Shown: piece by piece, positions 21,153-31,416 of the stretch
Position numbering within the stretch: position 1 is the stretch's first letter
Layout: the number at the start of each line of letters is the position of its first letter
From: an uncultured Gemmatimonadales bacterium
GTDB lineage: Bacteria > Gemmatimonadota > Gemmatimonadetes > Gemmatimonadales > GWC2-71-9
Direction of reading: 5' to 3'
Assembly: GCA_963828735.1 (NCBI GenBank)
Contig: CAWHFW010000004.1
Span: 215,863 to 279,862, forward strand
DNA: 64,000 bases
Notes under the pieces: model-generated
Seen by the model: the letters and a program-made list of their open reading frames with translations, nothing else
Database searches by the model: none
Told to the model about the DNA's origin: nothing
Made by a program: the position numbers and the translations under genes

Positions 21153-22298
21153 GTGCCGGCGGTCGCGGAGCGCCTCGCGCGGCTGACCGGTGTGGCCCCG
21201 GCACCGCATCGCGTGGTCACCTGCTACCTCAAGCTCGAGCCTCGGGATCGGAGCCGTGGGAAGTATCTCATCAAGCTCAAGAACCGCGCGCGCGAGGTCG
21301 CCCAGGCGCTGCCGCGGCTCGGCCTCGAGCGGCCGGTCTACGAGGAGGTCGTGCGCGACCTCGAGCGGGTGCAGCAGTACCTGCGGACGCCGGCCAATCT
21401 CCCGTCCACCCAGGGGCTCGCGATCTTCGCCTGCGAGGCGCTCGGCCTGTTCGAGGCGCTCCCGCTGCCCGTGGTCTACCGGTCCCGCCTCGCGGTGGAC
21501 TCCACGCCGCTCGTGCGCGAGCTCGCCTCCGTGGACGACGAGTTCGGACGCCTCCTCACGGTCGTCCTCGACCGCATGGGCGCCCGGTTCTTCGAGGTCA
21601 CCGCGTACGACTGCCACGAGCTCTCGGGCCTCCGCGCCGACAGCACCCGAGGCCGTCGCTTTCGCGGCGATCAGAACGGCCCGGGCTGGGGCGAGCATAC
21701 CTACAACAACCGCATCCGCACCGAGAAGCAGCGGCACTACGAGGCCATCGCGCGGGAGCTGTTCGTCATCGATCGCCGGCAGCCGGCGCACGGCATCGTG
21801 ATCGCGGGGACCGGGACGGATGCGGGCGCGGTCGAGCCGTTCCTGCACAACTATCTCGCCGAGCGGGTCCTGGGGACGGCGCGGCTCAACCCGAAGGAGG
21901 CGACGCCGGCGGCGGTGCACGCGGCCACGCTGGCCGTTCGCGAGGCCTGGGAGCGCGAGAGCGAGCGCGCACAGGTCGAGGAGATGCAGGAATCGCTCGG
22001 CGGCGGTTGGAGCGTGAACGGGCTCGACGCGACCCTGCGCGCGCTCTCGCGCGGGCAGGTGCGGACGCTCCTCGTTCACGCCGACGCCAGCGAGCCGGGT
22101 TTCCGCTGCGGGTCGTCGGGTCGCCTGGCGCGCACCGAGCGGGAATGCCGGGACGAGGGCGAGCCGGTGCCCGTGCTCGACGTCGTGGACGACGCCATCG
22201 AGGAGGCGCTGCGCCAGGGTGTGGACGTGAACGTCGTCTATGACACCGAGGCGCGGACCGCCGTGGACGGGCTGGCCGGACTGCTCCGGTTCCGTTGA
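21153..22298 (+). CDS. Bacterial aeRF1-like (baeRF / Balon-like) protein
   Basis: N-terminal VVTCYLKL..GLAIFAC domain, RNase-H-like middle domain (LTVVLDRMGARFF), L7Ae-like C-domain (TLRALSRGQVRTLLV..GLAGLLRFR); start approximate. Confidence 0.75.
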   Translation: MPAVAERLARLTGVAPAPHRVVTCYLKLEPRDRSRGKYLIKLKNRAREVAQALPRLGLERPVYEEVVRDLERVQQYLRTPANLPSTQGLAIFACEALGLFEALPLPVVYRSRLAVDSTPLVRELASVDDEFGRLLTVVLDRMGARFFEVTAYDCHELSGLRADSTRGRRFRGDQNGPGWGEHTYNNRIRTEKQRHYEAIARELFVIDRRQPAHGIVIAGTGTDAGAVEPFLHNYLAERVLGTARLNPKEATPAAVHAATLAVREAWERESERAQVEEMQESLGGGWSVNGLDATLRALSRGQVRTLLVHADASEPGFRCGSSGRLARTERECRDEGEPVPVLDVVDDAIEEALRQGVDVNVVYDTEARTAVDGLAGLLRFR

Positions 22299-22302
22299 TC
22301 GC

Positions 22303-23000
22303 GTGATCGAACTCCACGCGCCGCTTCGGGCGGTCCTGTTCGACGCCGGCAACACCCTCCTGTTTCTCGACTACGCGCGGATGGCGTCGGCGGTGGGCGC
22401 CGCGCTCGGCCTTCCGCTCACCGGCGGCGGGCTCGCGGCCGGCGCGCCGGCCGCCGCGCGCGCCATGGAGGGCTCGCGAGGGACCGACCGCGAGCGGGCC
22501 ACGGTGTATCTGGAGACGCTGTTCCTCGAGGCCGGGGTCCCGCCGGCCGACATGCCCGACGTGCGCGAGCAGCTCGCGACGCTGCACGGCGAGCGTCACT
22601 TGTGGAGCGGGATCGCGGACGACGCGCACGAGGCGCTCGGCCGGCTGCGCCGCGCGGGACTGCGCCTGGGTATCGTGTCGAACAGCGATGGACGGGTGGA
22701 CGAGGCGCTCGTGGCGGCGGGCCTCAGGCCGTACTTCGAGGTCGTGGTCGATTCCACCCTCGCGGGGGTGGAAAAGCCCGATCCCGCTATCTTCCGGGCC
22801 GCGCTGGACGTTCTGGAGGTGGCGCCGGAACAGGCCCTCTACGTCGGCGACCTGTACGAGGTGGACGTCATCGGCGCCAACGCCGCGGGCATCCCCGCCG
22901 TCCTGCTCGTGCCACCGGGCGCCCCCCGGCCGCAGGGCTGCGCGACCACCGGCTCGCTTCGGACGCTGGCCGACGATCTGCTCAAGGAGACACCCGCCTC

Positions 23001-23004
<4 letters not shown>
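22303..23004 (+). CDS. HAD-superfamily hydrolase (subfamily IA)
   Basis: [36 protein letters not shown]. Confidence 0.92.
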
Positions 23005-23422
<418 letters not shown>

Positions 23423-23426
<4 letters not shown>

Positions 23427-25042
23427 GCCGCCTGCGGGCGCTCACCGACGAGTACCGGCAGCTCGCCGAGCGGCTGCGTGCCGGCGGCGGCCCGGCGCGC
23501 GTCGCCAAGATGCACCAGCAGGGCAAGCTCGCGCCGCGCGAGCGGGTCGCGAAGCTGCTGGATCCCGAGGGACCCTGGCTCGAGCTCGGCCTGCTCGTCG
23601 CGTACGACCAGTACGACGGCCAGGCGCCCGGCGCCGGCGTGATCACCGGCGTCGGGGTGGTGGAGGGACGGGAGGTGGTGGTCGTGGCGAACGATGCCAC
23701 GGTGAAGGCGGGCTCCTGGTGGCCCGAGACCATCCGCAAGATTCTCCGCGCGCAGGAAGTCGCCATGCGGCAGCGGATCCCCATCATCTATCTCGTGGAC
23801 AGCGCCGGCGTGAATCTGCCGTACCAGGGTGGGGTGTTCCCCGGGCAGTACGGCGCCGCGCGAATCTTCTATTACAACTCGATCATGCGACGCTACCTCC
23901 ACGTCCCGCAGATCAGCGCGGTCATGGGCAGCTGCATCGCCGGCGGCGCGTACCTGCCGGCGTTGTCCGACGTGATCTTCATGGTCGAGGGCACGACGTT
24001 CATGGGTCTGGGCGGCCCCAACCTCGTGAAGGGCGCCACCGGACAGACCATCGACGCGGAGAGTCTGGGCGGCGCCGTGACGCACACCGAAGTGAGCGCG
24101 GTGGCTCACTACCGCGCCGCGAACGATGCCGACTGCCTCGGGCGGATCCGCGAGTACGTGACCCGGCTGCCACGGGTCCACGGCGTCCGGCATCGCCTCC
24201 GCCCCCCTGCCGCGCCCAGCCGTCCGGCCGAGTCGCTCTATGACGCGCTCCCGGCGGACCACCGCCTGTCCTACGACATGCGGCACGTGCTCGATGCGCT
24301 GCTCGACGATGGCGCGCTCGACGAGTTCCAGCCCGGCGTGGCGCGCGAGATGATCTGCGGACACGCGCACATCGAGGGCTGGCCGGTGGCCGTGATCGCG
24401 AACCAGCGCGGGGTCATCAAGGGGCGCCCCGACGAGCGGCCGCGGTTCGGCGGCATCGTCTATACCGGAAGCGCGGAGAAGGTCGCCTACTTCATCGAGA
24501 CCGCCAACCGCGAGCACCTGCCGATCCTGTTCGTCCAGGACGTGAGCGGGTTCATGGTCGGCCCCGAGGCGGAGCACAGCGGCATCATCCGGGCCGGCGC
24601 GCACTTCGTCGAGGCCATGGCCACGGCAGCGGTGCCGAAGCTCGTGCTCACCGTCAATCACGCGTCGGGGGCGGGCTACTATGCGATGGCGGGCCAGGGC
24701 TTCGACCCGGACTTCATCCTGTCCTGGCCCACCGGCCGCATGGGGGTGATGGAGGGCGAAAGCGCGGTCATGGCGGTCCACGGACCGGAGATCGAGCGCG
24801 CCCAGCGCGAGCGCCGTGAGCTCGCCCCCGAGGTCAAGACGTCGGTCGAGTCCATGCGCGCCGACTACGAGGCGCAGCTCGATGCCCGGTACGCGGCCGC
24901 CCGCGGCTACGTGGACGCTATCCTCACGCCCGAAGAGACCCGCGATCAGCTCGCGTTCACGCTCCGCATCGTCGCCAACTACGCCGGGCCGCACCTCGGC
25001 CCATTCGTGCTCCCGCCGCTCGACGCGGCCTCCTCCACGTAG
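23423..25042 (+). CDS. Acyl-CoA carboxylase carboxyltransferase (beta) subunit, MCC/geranyl-CoA-carboxylase-like
   Basis: [54 protein letters not shown]. Confidence 0.92.
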
Positions 25043-25049
25043 GATCCGC

Positions 25050-27935
25050 ATGACGCCGTCGCGCCTGTCCGTCTGCCTGCTCTCCGTTGCCCTCGCCTGC
25101 TCGTCCGGTCACCCGGAGGCGTCCGCCCCGGCCCCGGCCGCCGCGCCCGACTCTGCGGCCGCGTCGCGACCGGCGGTGGCGGCCGCCCCATCCGCGAGCC
25201 CGGCCGCTCCGGCGAAGCCTCCGGCGCCCGCCGATGATTCGATGCACCACGTGGCGCCGCCGGACATGGCGTACGCGCACGGGTGGATGCCCCTTGCCAG
25301 CACCGGCGTCGATCGCTTCCTCAAGGCGCATCCCGAGTACGACGGCCGGGGCGTCCTGATCGGCATTCTGGACACAGGGATCGATCCCGCGATCCCCGGG
25401 CTGCTCACGACTTCGGGGGGCGGTCCCAAGGTCCTCGACCTTCGCGACTTTTCGGGTGAGGGCGCGGTGCCGCTCGCGCGCGTCACGCCGGCCGGTGACT
25501 CGGTGCGCGTGGGAAGCCGCTGGCTTCGCGGCTTCGGGCGCGTCGTCGCGCTGAGCACGGCCGGGCCGTACTACGGCGGCACCATCGCCGAGATTCCGCT
25601 GGGCGAGCCGCCCGCGGCGGATCTCGACGGCAATGGGACGGTGGGCGACACCCTGGCGGTGGTCGTCGTGCGCGCCACCGACGGCTGGGTGCTGCTCGCC
25701 GACACCGATGGCGACGGCTCGCTGGCGAACGAACGTCCGGTCCACGACTACCTCGTCGGCCGCGAGACGTTCGGCTGGTCGCATGCCGGTCGGCGGCCGA
25801 AGGTGACCGTGGCCGCGAACTTCGGCGAGGCGTCCGAGGCGCCCACGCTCGATCTCGTCTTCGACACCGGCGCGCACGGCACGCACGTCAGCGGAATCGC
25901 GGCGGGCCACGATCTCTACGGCGTGCCAGGCTTCGACGGCGTGGCGCCCGGCGCGCAGCTCCTCGGCCTCAAGATCGCCAACAGCGCGCAGGGCGGCGTC
26001 ACCACCACGGGGAGCATGGCGCGCGCGTTCGACTATGCGATCCGCTTCGCGCAGGCGCGGCACCTGCCGCTGGTGATCAACCTGAGCTTCGGCGTGGGCA
26101 ACGAGGTGGAAGGCCAGGCGCGCATCGATGGGATCGTCGACTCGGTGCTGGCGGCGCACCCCGACGTGGTGGTCACGATCGCCGCCGGCAACGACGGGCC
26201 GGGGCTCTCGACCATCGGCTTCCCCGGCAGCGCGGGCCGGGCGATCAGCGTCGGCGCGACACTGCCCGGCAGCTTCCTGCCGGCCGGCCCGGTCGGCGCG
26301 CCCTCGCCGGACCAGCTGGCCTATTTCAGCTCGCGAGGCGGCGAGGTGGCGCGGCCGGATCTGGTCACGCCCGGCGTGGCCTACAGCACGGTGCCGCGGT
26401 GGGACGCGGGCGAGGAAGTCAATCAGGGTACCAGCATGGCGGCGCCGCACGCCGCGGGCATCGCGGCGCTCCTGGTCTCCGCGCTGACGCAGGAGAAGCG
26501 TCCGGTCGTCGCGCGCGAGATCCGGCAGGCGCTCATGGTCACGGCCCAGCCGACGCCGGGCGCCACGTTCATCGACGAGGGCACGGGCATTCCGGATGTG
26601 GACCGCGCGTACCGTTGGCTCACATCGGCCACGCCGGTGGCCGACGTCCAGGTACGCGCGCTCGGCGTCGGCAACGCGACCGCCGCCGTGCTCCGGGGTC
26701 GAGACGGCGCCACCGACACGACCCAGGGCTTCGAGCTGCGTCGCCCGGCCGGCACCCCACCGGCGACCTACACGCTGAAGAGCGACGTTCCGTGGCTCAC
26801 CGCGCCGGCGACGCTCGCCCTGCGCGGCGAGCGCGCCACCGTGCAGCTCCGTGTCGCTCGGCGCTCGCTCCCGGTGGACGCGGCGTCCGTGGGGACGGTG
26901 ACCGGGTGGACCGGGGATACGCTGGCCGGCCCCGCCTTCCGGCTCGTGACGACGGTGATCGCCACCGCTCCGGTCGCCCACGGCACCAAAACGCTGCGTG
27001 AGAAAGCGGCGGTCCCGGCCGGGGGCGCGCTCCGCACCTTCTTCCAGGCCGACAGCGGACGGCCCTTCGCGCTCACGATCGAGACGGCCGGTCGGGCCGA
27101 GCGGGCGCTCGCCTTCCTCCACGAGCCGGACGGCATGCCGTTCCGTGACGAGGGCGCGCGGACGGCTGGGTTCGGCCCGCAGTCCGCCGAGTACGAGGCC
27201 GACTCCCGCGACGTGATCAGCGGCGCCTACGAGGCCGTCGTCGTCGCGCCGCCCACCCAGGGCGTCACCGTCTCGGTCGCGGTGAGCGAGTCGCCATTGG
27301 TCCTCCGCGCCGCCCGCGAAGGCGAGTCGGTTCACGCCGAGGTCACCAACGTCACCGCGGCGCCGGTCGATGCCGAATTCGGGATGCACCTGGGCGGCGC
27401 GGCGCGTATCGAGAACGTCCAGGCGACGGGTGGCGAGGTCCAGCGGATCCCCTTCGTGGTGCCGTCGTGGTCGCGCGGCGTCGTGGTGGACATCACGATG
27501 GACCGTGCGCAGTGGGGCAGGTTCACCGATTTCGGCGTGAGCCTGTTCGACTCGCTCGGCCGCCAGCTCGGCAAGCAGCCGCTCAACTATGCCTTCGGAC
27601 GCCTGCAGGTCGAGCTCCCCGAAGGTCACGGCGACACGCCCGTGACGCTCGGCCTCTTCCCCGGCTTCGCCGATGCGAACGGCGATCAGCGGTGGAGCCT
27701 GCGCGCGTCGATCCGGGTGTACGCGGACACCTCGATCGTCCTCGCGCGCTCGGACAAGAGCGCCGACACCGTCGCCGCGCACGGCACCACCACGGCGACG
27801 TTCAAGCTGCCGGCCGCCCCGTGGCCGATGGGCGCCGGGTTCGTGCCGCTGGGGCTGCTGGTCGCGCGCGCGGATGGCCGGAGCTGGACCCGGGAGATCG
27901 AGCTGGGATCGTCCGGCACGGCCCTCGTGCCGTGA
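25050..27935 (+). CDS. S8 subtilase, tripeptidyl-peptidase-II-like, predicted lipoprotein
   Basis: Lipobox [44 protein letters not shown]; long insert between catalytic Asp and His. Confidence 0.88.
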   Translation: MTPSRLSVCLLSVALACSSGHPEASAPAPAAAPDSAAASRPAVAAAPSASPAAPAKPPAPADDSMHHVAPPDMAYAHGWMPLASTGVDRFLKAHPEYDGRGVLIGILDTGIDPAIPGLLTTSGGGPKVLDLRDFSGEGAVPLARVTPAGDSVRVGSRWLRGFGRVVALSTAGPYYGGTIAEIPLGEPPAADLDGNGTVGDTLAVVVVRATDGWVLLADTDGDGSLANERPVHDYLVGRETFGWSHAGRRPKVTVAANFGEASEAPTLDLVFDTGAHGTHVSGIAAGHDLYGVPGFDGVAPGAQLLGLKIANSAQGGVTTTGSMARAFDYAIRFAQARHLPLVINLSFGVGNEVEGQARIDGIVDSVLAAHPDVVVTIAAGNDGPGLSTIGFPGSAGRAISVGATLPGSFLPAGPVGAPSPDQLAYFSSRGGEVARPDLVTPGVAYSTVPRWDAGEEVNQGTSMAAPHAAGIAALLVSALTQEKRPVVAREIRQALMVTAQPTPGATFIDEGTGIPDVDRAYRWLTSATPVADVQVRALGVGNATAAVLRGRDGATDTTQGFELRRPAGTPPATYTLKSDVPWLTAPATLALRGERATVQLRVARRSLPVDAASVGTVTGWTGDTLAGPAFRLVTTVIATAPVAHGTKTLREKAAVPAGGALRTFFQADSGRPFALTIETAGRAERALAFLHEPDGMPFRDEGARTAGFGPQSAEYEADSRDVISGAYEAVVVAPPTQGVTVSVAVSESPLVLRAAREGESVHAEVTNVTAAPVDAEFGMHLGGAARIENVQATGGEVQRIPFVVPSWSRGVVVDITMDRAQWGRFTDFGVSLFDSLGRQLGKQPLNYAFGRLQVELPEGHGDTPVTLGLFPGFADANGDQRWSLRASIRVYADTSIVLARSDKSADTVAAHGTTTATFKLPAAPWPMGAGFVPLGLLVARADGRSWTREIELGSSGTALVP

Positions 27936-29318
27936 GCGGCGTCCGTCGGGAGCCCGTGCGGATCGCCGCGGGGCAGGGCTTCTGGGGGGACTGGCTCGAG
28001 GCGCCGGTCCGGCAGGTGCGCGGTGGTCCGATCGACTATCTGATGATGGACTACCTCGCCGAGGTGACCATGTCCATCATGCAGAAGCAGAAGTCCCGCG
28101 ACCCGAACGGCCGGTTACGCGCGGGACTTCGTCCCGCTCATGGAGCGCATCCTCCCCGACGTCGTCGCGAAGGGCATCCGCGTCACGTCGAACGCCGGCG
28201 GCGTGAATCCCCGTGCGTGCGCCGAGGCGGTGCTGGCGGTGGCGCGGCGCCTCGGCCTTCCGCGCAGGCTCAAGGTCGGTCTCGTCTCCGGCGACGACAT
28301 GCTCGACCGCCTGGATGACCTGCTGGCACGGGGCCACCCGCTCGCCGACATGGAGACCGGCCGCCCGCTCTCGGACGTTCGCGACAAGGTACTCTCCGCG
28401 AATGCCTACCTCGGCATGGCGCCGATCGTCGAGGCGCTCCGCGGCGGCGCGGACCTGGTCGTCACCGGGCGCGTCACCGATACGGGGCTCACGCTCGGCC
28501 CCATCTTCCATGAGTTCGGGTGGTCGCCAGACGACTGGGACAAGGTGGCGGCCGGCACCGTCGCCGGCCACATCATCGAATGCGGGGCACAGGCCTCCGG
28601 CGGGAATCTGCTCAAGGGCTGGCGAGCGGTGAAGGGACTGGCCGACCCGGGCTTTCCCATCGTCGAGGCGTCACCCGACGGGACCTTCGTCGTCACGAAG
28701 CACGACGGCACCGGCGGCGTGGTGTCGGTCGCGTCCGTGACCGAGCAGCTCGTCTACGAGATGGGCGATCCGCGAAGCTACATCACGCCGGATGGCGTCG
28801 CCGACTTCACCACCATCCAGCTCCGCCAGGCGGGACGCGACCGGGTGCGGGTGAGCGGGATCCGCGGCGGCCCACGGACGCCGATGCTCAAGGTGTCCAT
28901 CGCCTATTTCTGGGGCTACAAGGCGGTCGGGACATTGGTCTACGCCTGGCCCGATGCCTACGACAAGGCGAAGGCGGCCGACCGCGTGCTGCGCCGGCGT
29001 CTGTCGGACCTCGGCCTCCGCTACGACCAGATCCTCACCGAGTTCGTCGGCGTGGACGCGACCCACGGCCGCCTGAGTGGCCCACCGAGCCCGGACCTGC
29101 CGGAGGTGCAGCTCCGCGTCGGGGTGCGCGCGCGCGAGCGCGCGCCGGTGGACCGCTTCACCCGGGAGATCGCGCCACTGGTGCTCACGGGCCCACCGAG
29201 CGTCACCGGCTTCGCCGGCGGCCGCCCCGCGGTCGAAGAGGTCGTCGCCTACTGGCCCGCGCTCATCGATCGTCGCGAGATCGAGCCGCACGTGCGCGTC
29301 GAGATCCTGGAGGCCTGA
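27932..29318 (+). CDS. AtuA-like (DUF1446) acyclic terpene utilisation family protein; +1 frameshift near 28110 (likely sequencing error)
   Basis: [21 protein letters not shown] in one frame; continues [41 protein letters not shown] in the next. Confidence 0.88.
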
Positions 29319-29319
29319 C

Positions 29320-29700
29320 GTGCCCAAGCCCGTGAAGCGCCGCGCGCGCCCCACGACCCGCCCCGTGCAGCTCCGCTTTCTCGCGCACGCCCGCTCGGGC
29401 GACAAGGGCAACACCGCCAACGTCGGCCTCATCGCCCTCGAGCCAGCGTACTATGAGCTGCTGGTGCGCGAGGTCACGACGGCGCGCGTGGCCCGCCACT
29501 TCAAGGGGATGGTGAGCTCGGTCGAGCGCTTCGAGCTGCCGAATCTCCGCGCGCTCAATTTCCTGCTCCACGACGCCCTCGACGGCGGCGGGACCATCTC
29601 GCTCAAGACGGACGCGCAGGGCAAGGTCTACTCGACGGCCCTCCTCCGGATGGCGGTCCCCGTGCCCACGGCGCTCGCCCGCCGGCTCACGCGCGCATGA
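29320..29700 (+). CDS. AtuA-related small ferredoxin-fold protein
   Basis: LAHARSGDKGNTANVG, RFELPNLRALNF, LDGGGTISLKTDAQGK. Confidence 0.85.
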   Translation: MPKPVKRRARPTTRPVQLRFLAHARSGDKGNTANVGLIALEPAYYELLVREVTTARVARHFKGMVSSVERFELPNLRALNFLLHDALDGGGTISLKTDAQGKVYSTALLRMAVPVPTALARRLTRA

Positions 29701-30464
29701 GCGCTGCCGGCACCCCGCTGGGGATCGCGGTGGAGAGCGGGATCCTCACGCTCCGACTCGACCGACCGGAGAAACGCAACGCGCTGAGCACCGCGCTGGT
29801 CGAAGGCCTGCACGCCGGTCTCGACCGCGCCGATCTCGACGCCGACGTCCGGGTGGTGGTGCTGCGCGGGGCGGGGAAGGATTTCTGCGCCGGCGCCGAC
29901 CTGGACGAGCTGCTCGCGTCGGCGGACCGGTCACCGGCCGACAACGAGGCCTCCGCGCTTCGCCTCGGCACGTTGTTCGGCCGGATGCGGCGGCTGCCGA
30001 AGCCCGTGGTCGCCGTCGTCCAGGGCCGCGCGCTCGCGGGCGGCGCGGGCCTGGTCACCGCGTGCGACCTCGCGCTCGCCGGCGCGGGGTCGGTGCTGGG
30101 GTACCCGGAGATCCAGCGTGGCTTCGTGCCGGCCATGGTGATGACGCTGCTCCGCCGGGCAGCGGGCGAGAAGGTCGCGCTCGATCTCGTCCTGACCGGC
30201 CGGCTGCTCCCGGCCCAGGAGGCGCTCGCGATGGGCCTGGTCGCCCGGGTCGTGCCGGATGCCGATCTCGAGCGAGAAGCGGGCGCGCTCCTCGCGGCCC
30301 TCGCCGCCGCCAGCCCGTCGGCGCTCGCGCTCACCAAGCAGCTGTTCTACCAGCTCGACGGCATGAGCATTGACGACGGCGTCGCACTGGGCGCCCGCGT
30401 CAATGCGGTCGCCCGCCAGACCCCCGATTTCCGCGCGGCGATCGCCCGGTTTCTCCAGCGGTGA
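29697..30464 (+). CDS. Enoyl-CoA hydratase/isomerase (methylglutaconyl-CoA hydratase-like)
   Basis: LDRPEKRNAL, FCAGADL, PKPVVAVVQGRALAGGAGLVTACD, YPEIQRG. Confidence 0.9.
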   Translation: MSAAGTPLGIAVESGILTLRLDRPEKRNALSTALVEGLHAGLDRADLDADVRVVVLRGAGKDFCAGADLDELLASADRSPADNEASALRLGTLFGRMRRLPKPVVAVVQGRALAGGAGLVTACDLALAGAGSVLGYPEIQRGFVPAMVMTLLRRAAGEKVALDLVLTGRLLPAQEALAMGLVARVVPDADLEREAGALLAALAAASPSALALTKQLFYQLDGMSIDDGVALGARVNAVARQTPDFRAAIARFLQR

Positions 30465-30622
30465 GCTGGTCGGCCCTCCGGATCGGGCTGGCGCTCGCGG
30501 GGTTCGCCGTCGCGCTGCTCGCGATCGCCCTGGAGGATCGTCGCGTCGGCTGGGGCGCGATCGCCCTCCTGGTGGGCTCCCTCATCGTTCGCCTCCTTCA
30601 ACGACGTGACCCTCCTGTGTGA
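30461..30622 (+). CDS. Small 53-aa two-TM membrane protein (not in ORF track)
   Basis: GTGA-coupled to the hydratase; VSWSALRIGLALAGFAVALLAIALEDRRVGWGAIALLVGSLIVRLLQRRDPPV. Confidence 0.65.
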   Translation: MSWSALRIGLALAGFAVALLAIALEDRRVGWGAIALLVGSLIVRLLQRRDPPV

Positions 30623-30633
30623 CGTTTGTCACA
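30618..30633. promoter_or_regulatory. CRP-family binding site upstream of the beta-barrel gene
   Basis: TGTGA-cgtttg-TCACA, perfect consensus; -10-like TACCTT at 30656-30661. Confidence 0.65.
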
Positions 30634-30743
30634 TGGCCGGTGGATTGCCTCGCGCTACCTTGTCGCCAACCCGGCGACGGGTACGCGAGCGGGCATCGAG
30701 TCGGATGCGCCGCTCCGATCAATCCGATTCAAGGAGGAGCGGT

Positions 30744-31295
30744 ATGAGGGTACCGAAGGGCGTCGTTCCGTTGGCCCTCGCTCTTGGGCTGGGTGCAGCA
30801 CCGCTGCACGCCCAGGGTCCCGAGTTCTCGGTCGGTGGCGGGCTCGACCTGCCGCTGGGCAACTTCGACGATGCAGCGAACACGGGATATCACGGGTTGG
30901 CCGCCGTCTCGTTCGTCCCGACCGGCTCGCCGGTCGGCTTTCAGGTGGACGGCGACTACGGTCGATTCGGGGACGACACACCCGCCGACGTCAATTTTCA
31001 ACTCATCTACGGCACGGCCAACGTCGTCTACAAGTTCAAGACATCCGAGACGAGTACCTTCCGTCCCTACCTGATCGGCGGCGGCGGAGTGTACAGCTTC
31101 AAGCCGACGGGTAACGACGTGCTGCCGGGGACGAGCTCGGAAACGAAATTCGGCATCAACGCCGGCGCCGGGTTCGACATCAAGGCGGGAAGCGCGGCAT
31201 TGTTCCTCGAAGGGCGATTCCACGACGTCTTCATCAGCGGGTCGGACCTGCAGTATTTGCCACTGACCGTCGGCATTCGCTTCGGCGGTCACTGA
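30744..31295 (+). CDS. Outer-membrane 8-stranded beta-barrel protein (OmpA-TM/OmpW-like)
   Basis: RBS AAGGAGG, signal peptide, RPYLIGGGGVY, FGINAGAGFDI, terminal LTVGIRF strand. Confidence 0.85.
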   Translation: MRVPKGVVPLALALGLGAAPLHAQGPEFSVGGGLDLPLGNFDDAANTGYHGLAAVSFVPTGSPVGFQVDGDYGRFGDDTPADVNFQLIYGTANVVYKFKTSETSTFRPYLIGGGGVYSFKPTGNDVLPGTSSETKFGINAGAGFDIKAGSAALFLEGRFHDVFISGSDLQYLPLTVGIRFGGH

Positions 31296-31315
31296 GCTTC
31301 TCTTCGACGGAATCC

Positions 31316-31348
31316 AGGCCGCTCCTTCCGCATGGGAGGAGCGGCCTT
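31316..31348 (+). terminator. Intrinsic terminator after the beta-barrel gene
   Basis: AGGCCGCTCCTTCC-gcat-GGGAGGAGCGGCCT-T. Confidence 0.7.
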
Positions 31349-31416
31349 CGCGTGTCCCGGATGACCGACGGGACAGAACGATGCGGGCGTTCTGACGAGG
31401 GGCGCCAGCTTGGCTC

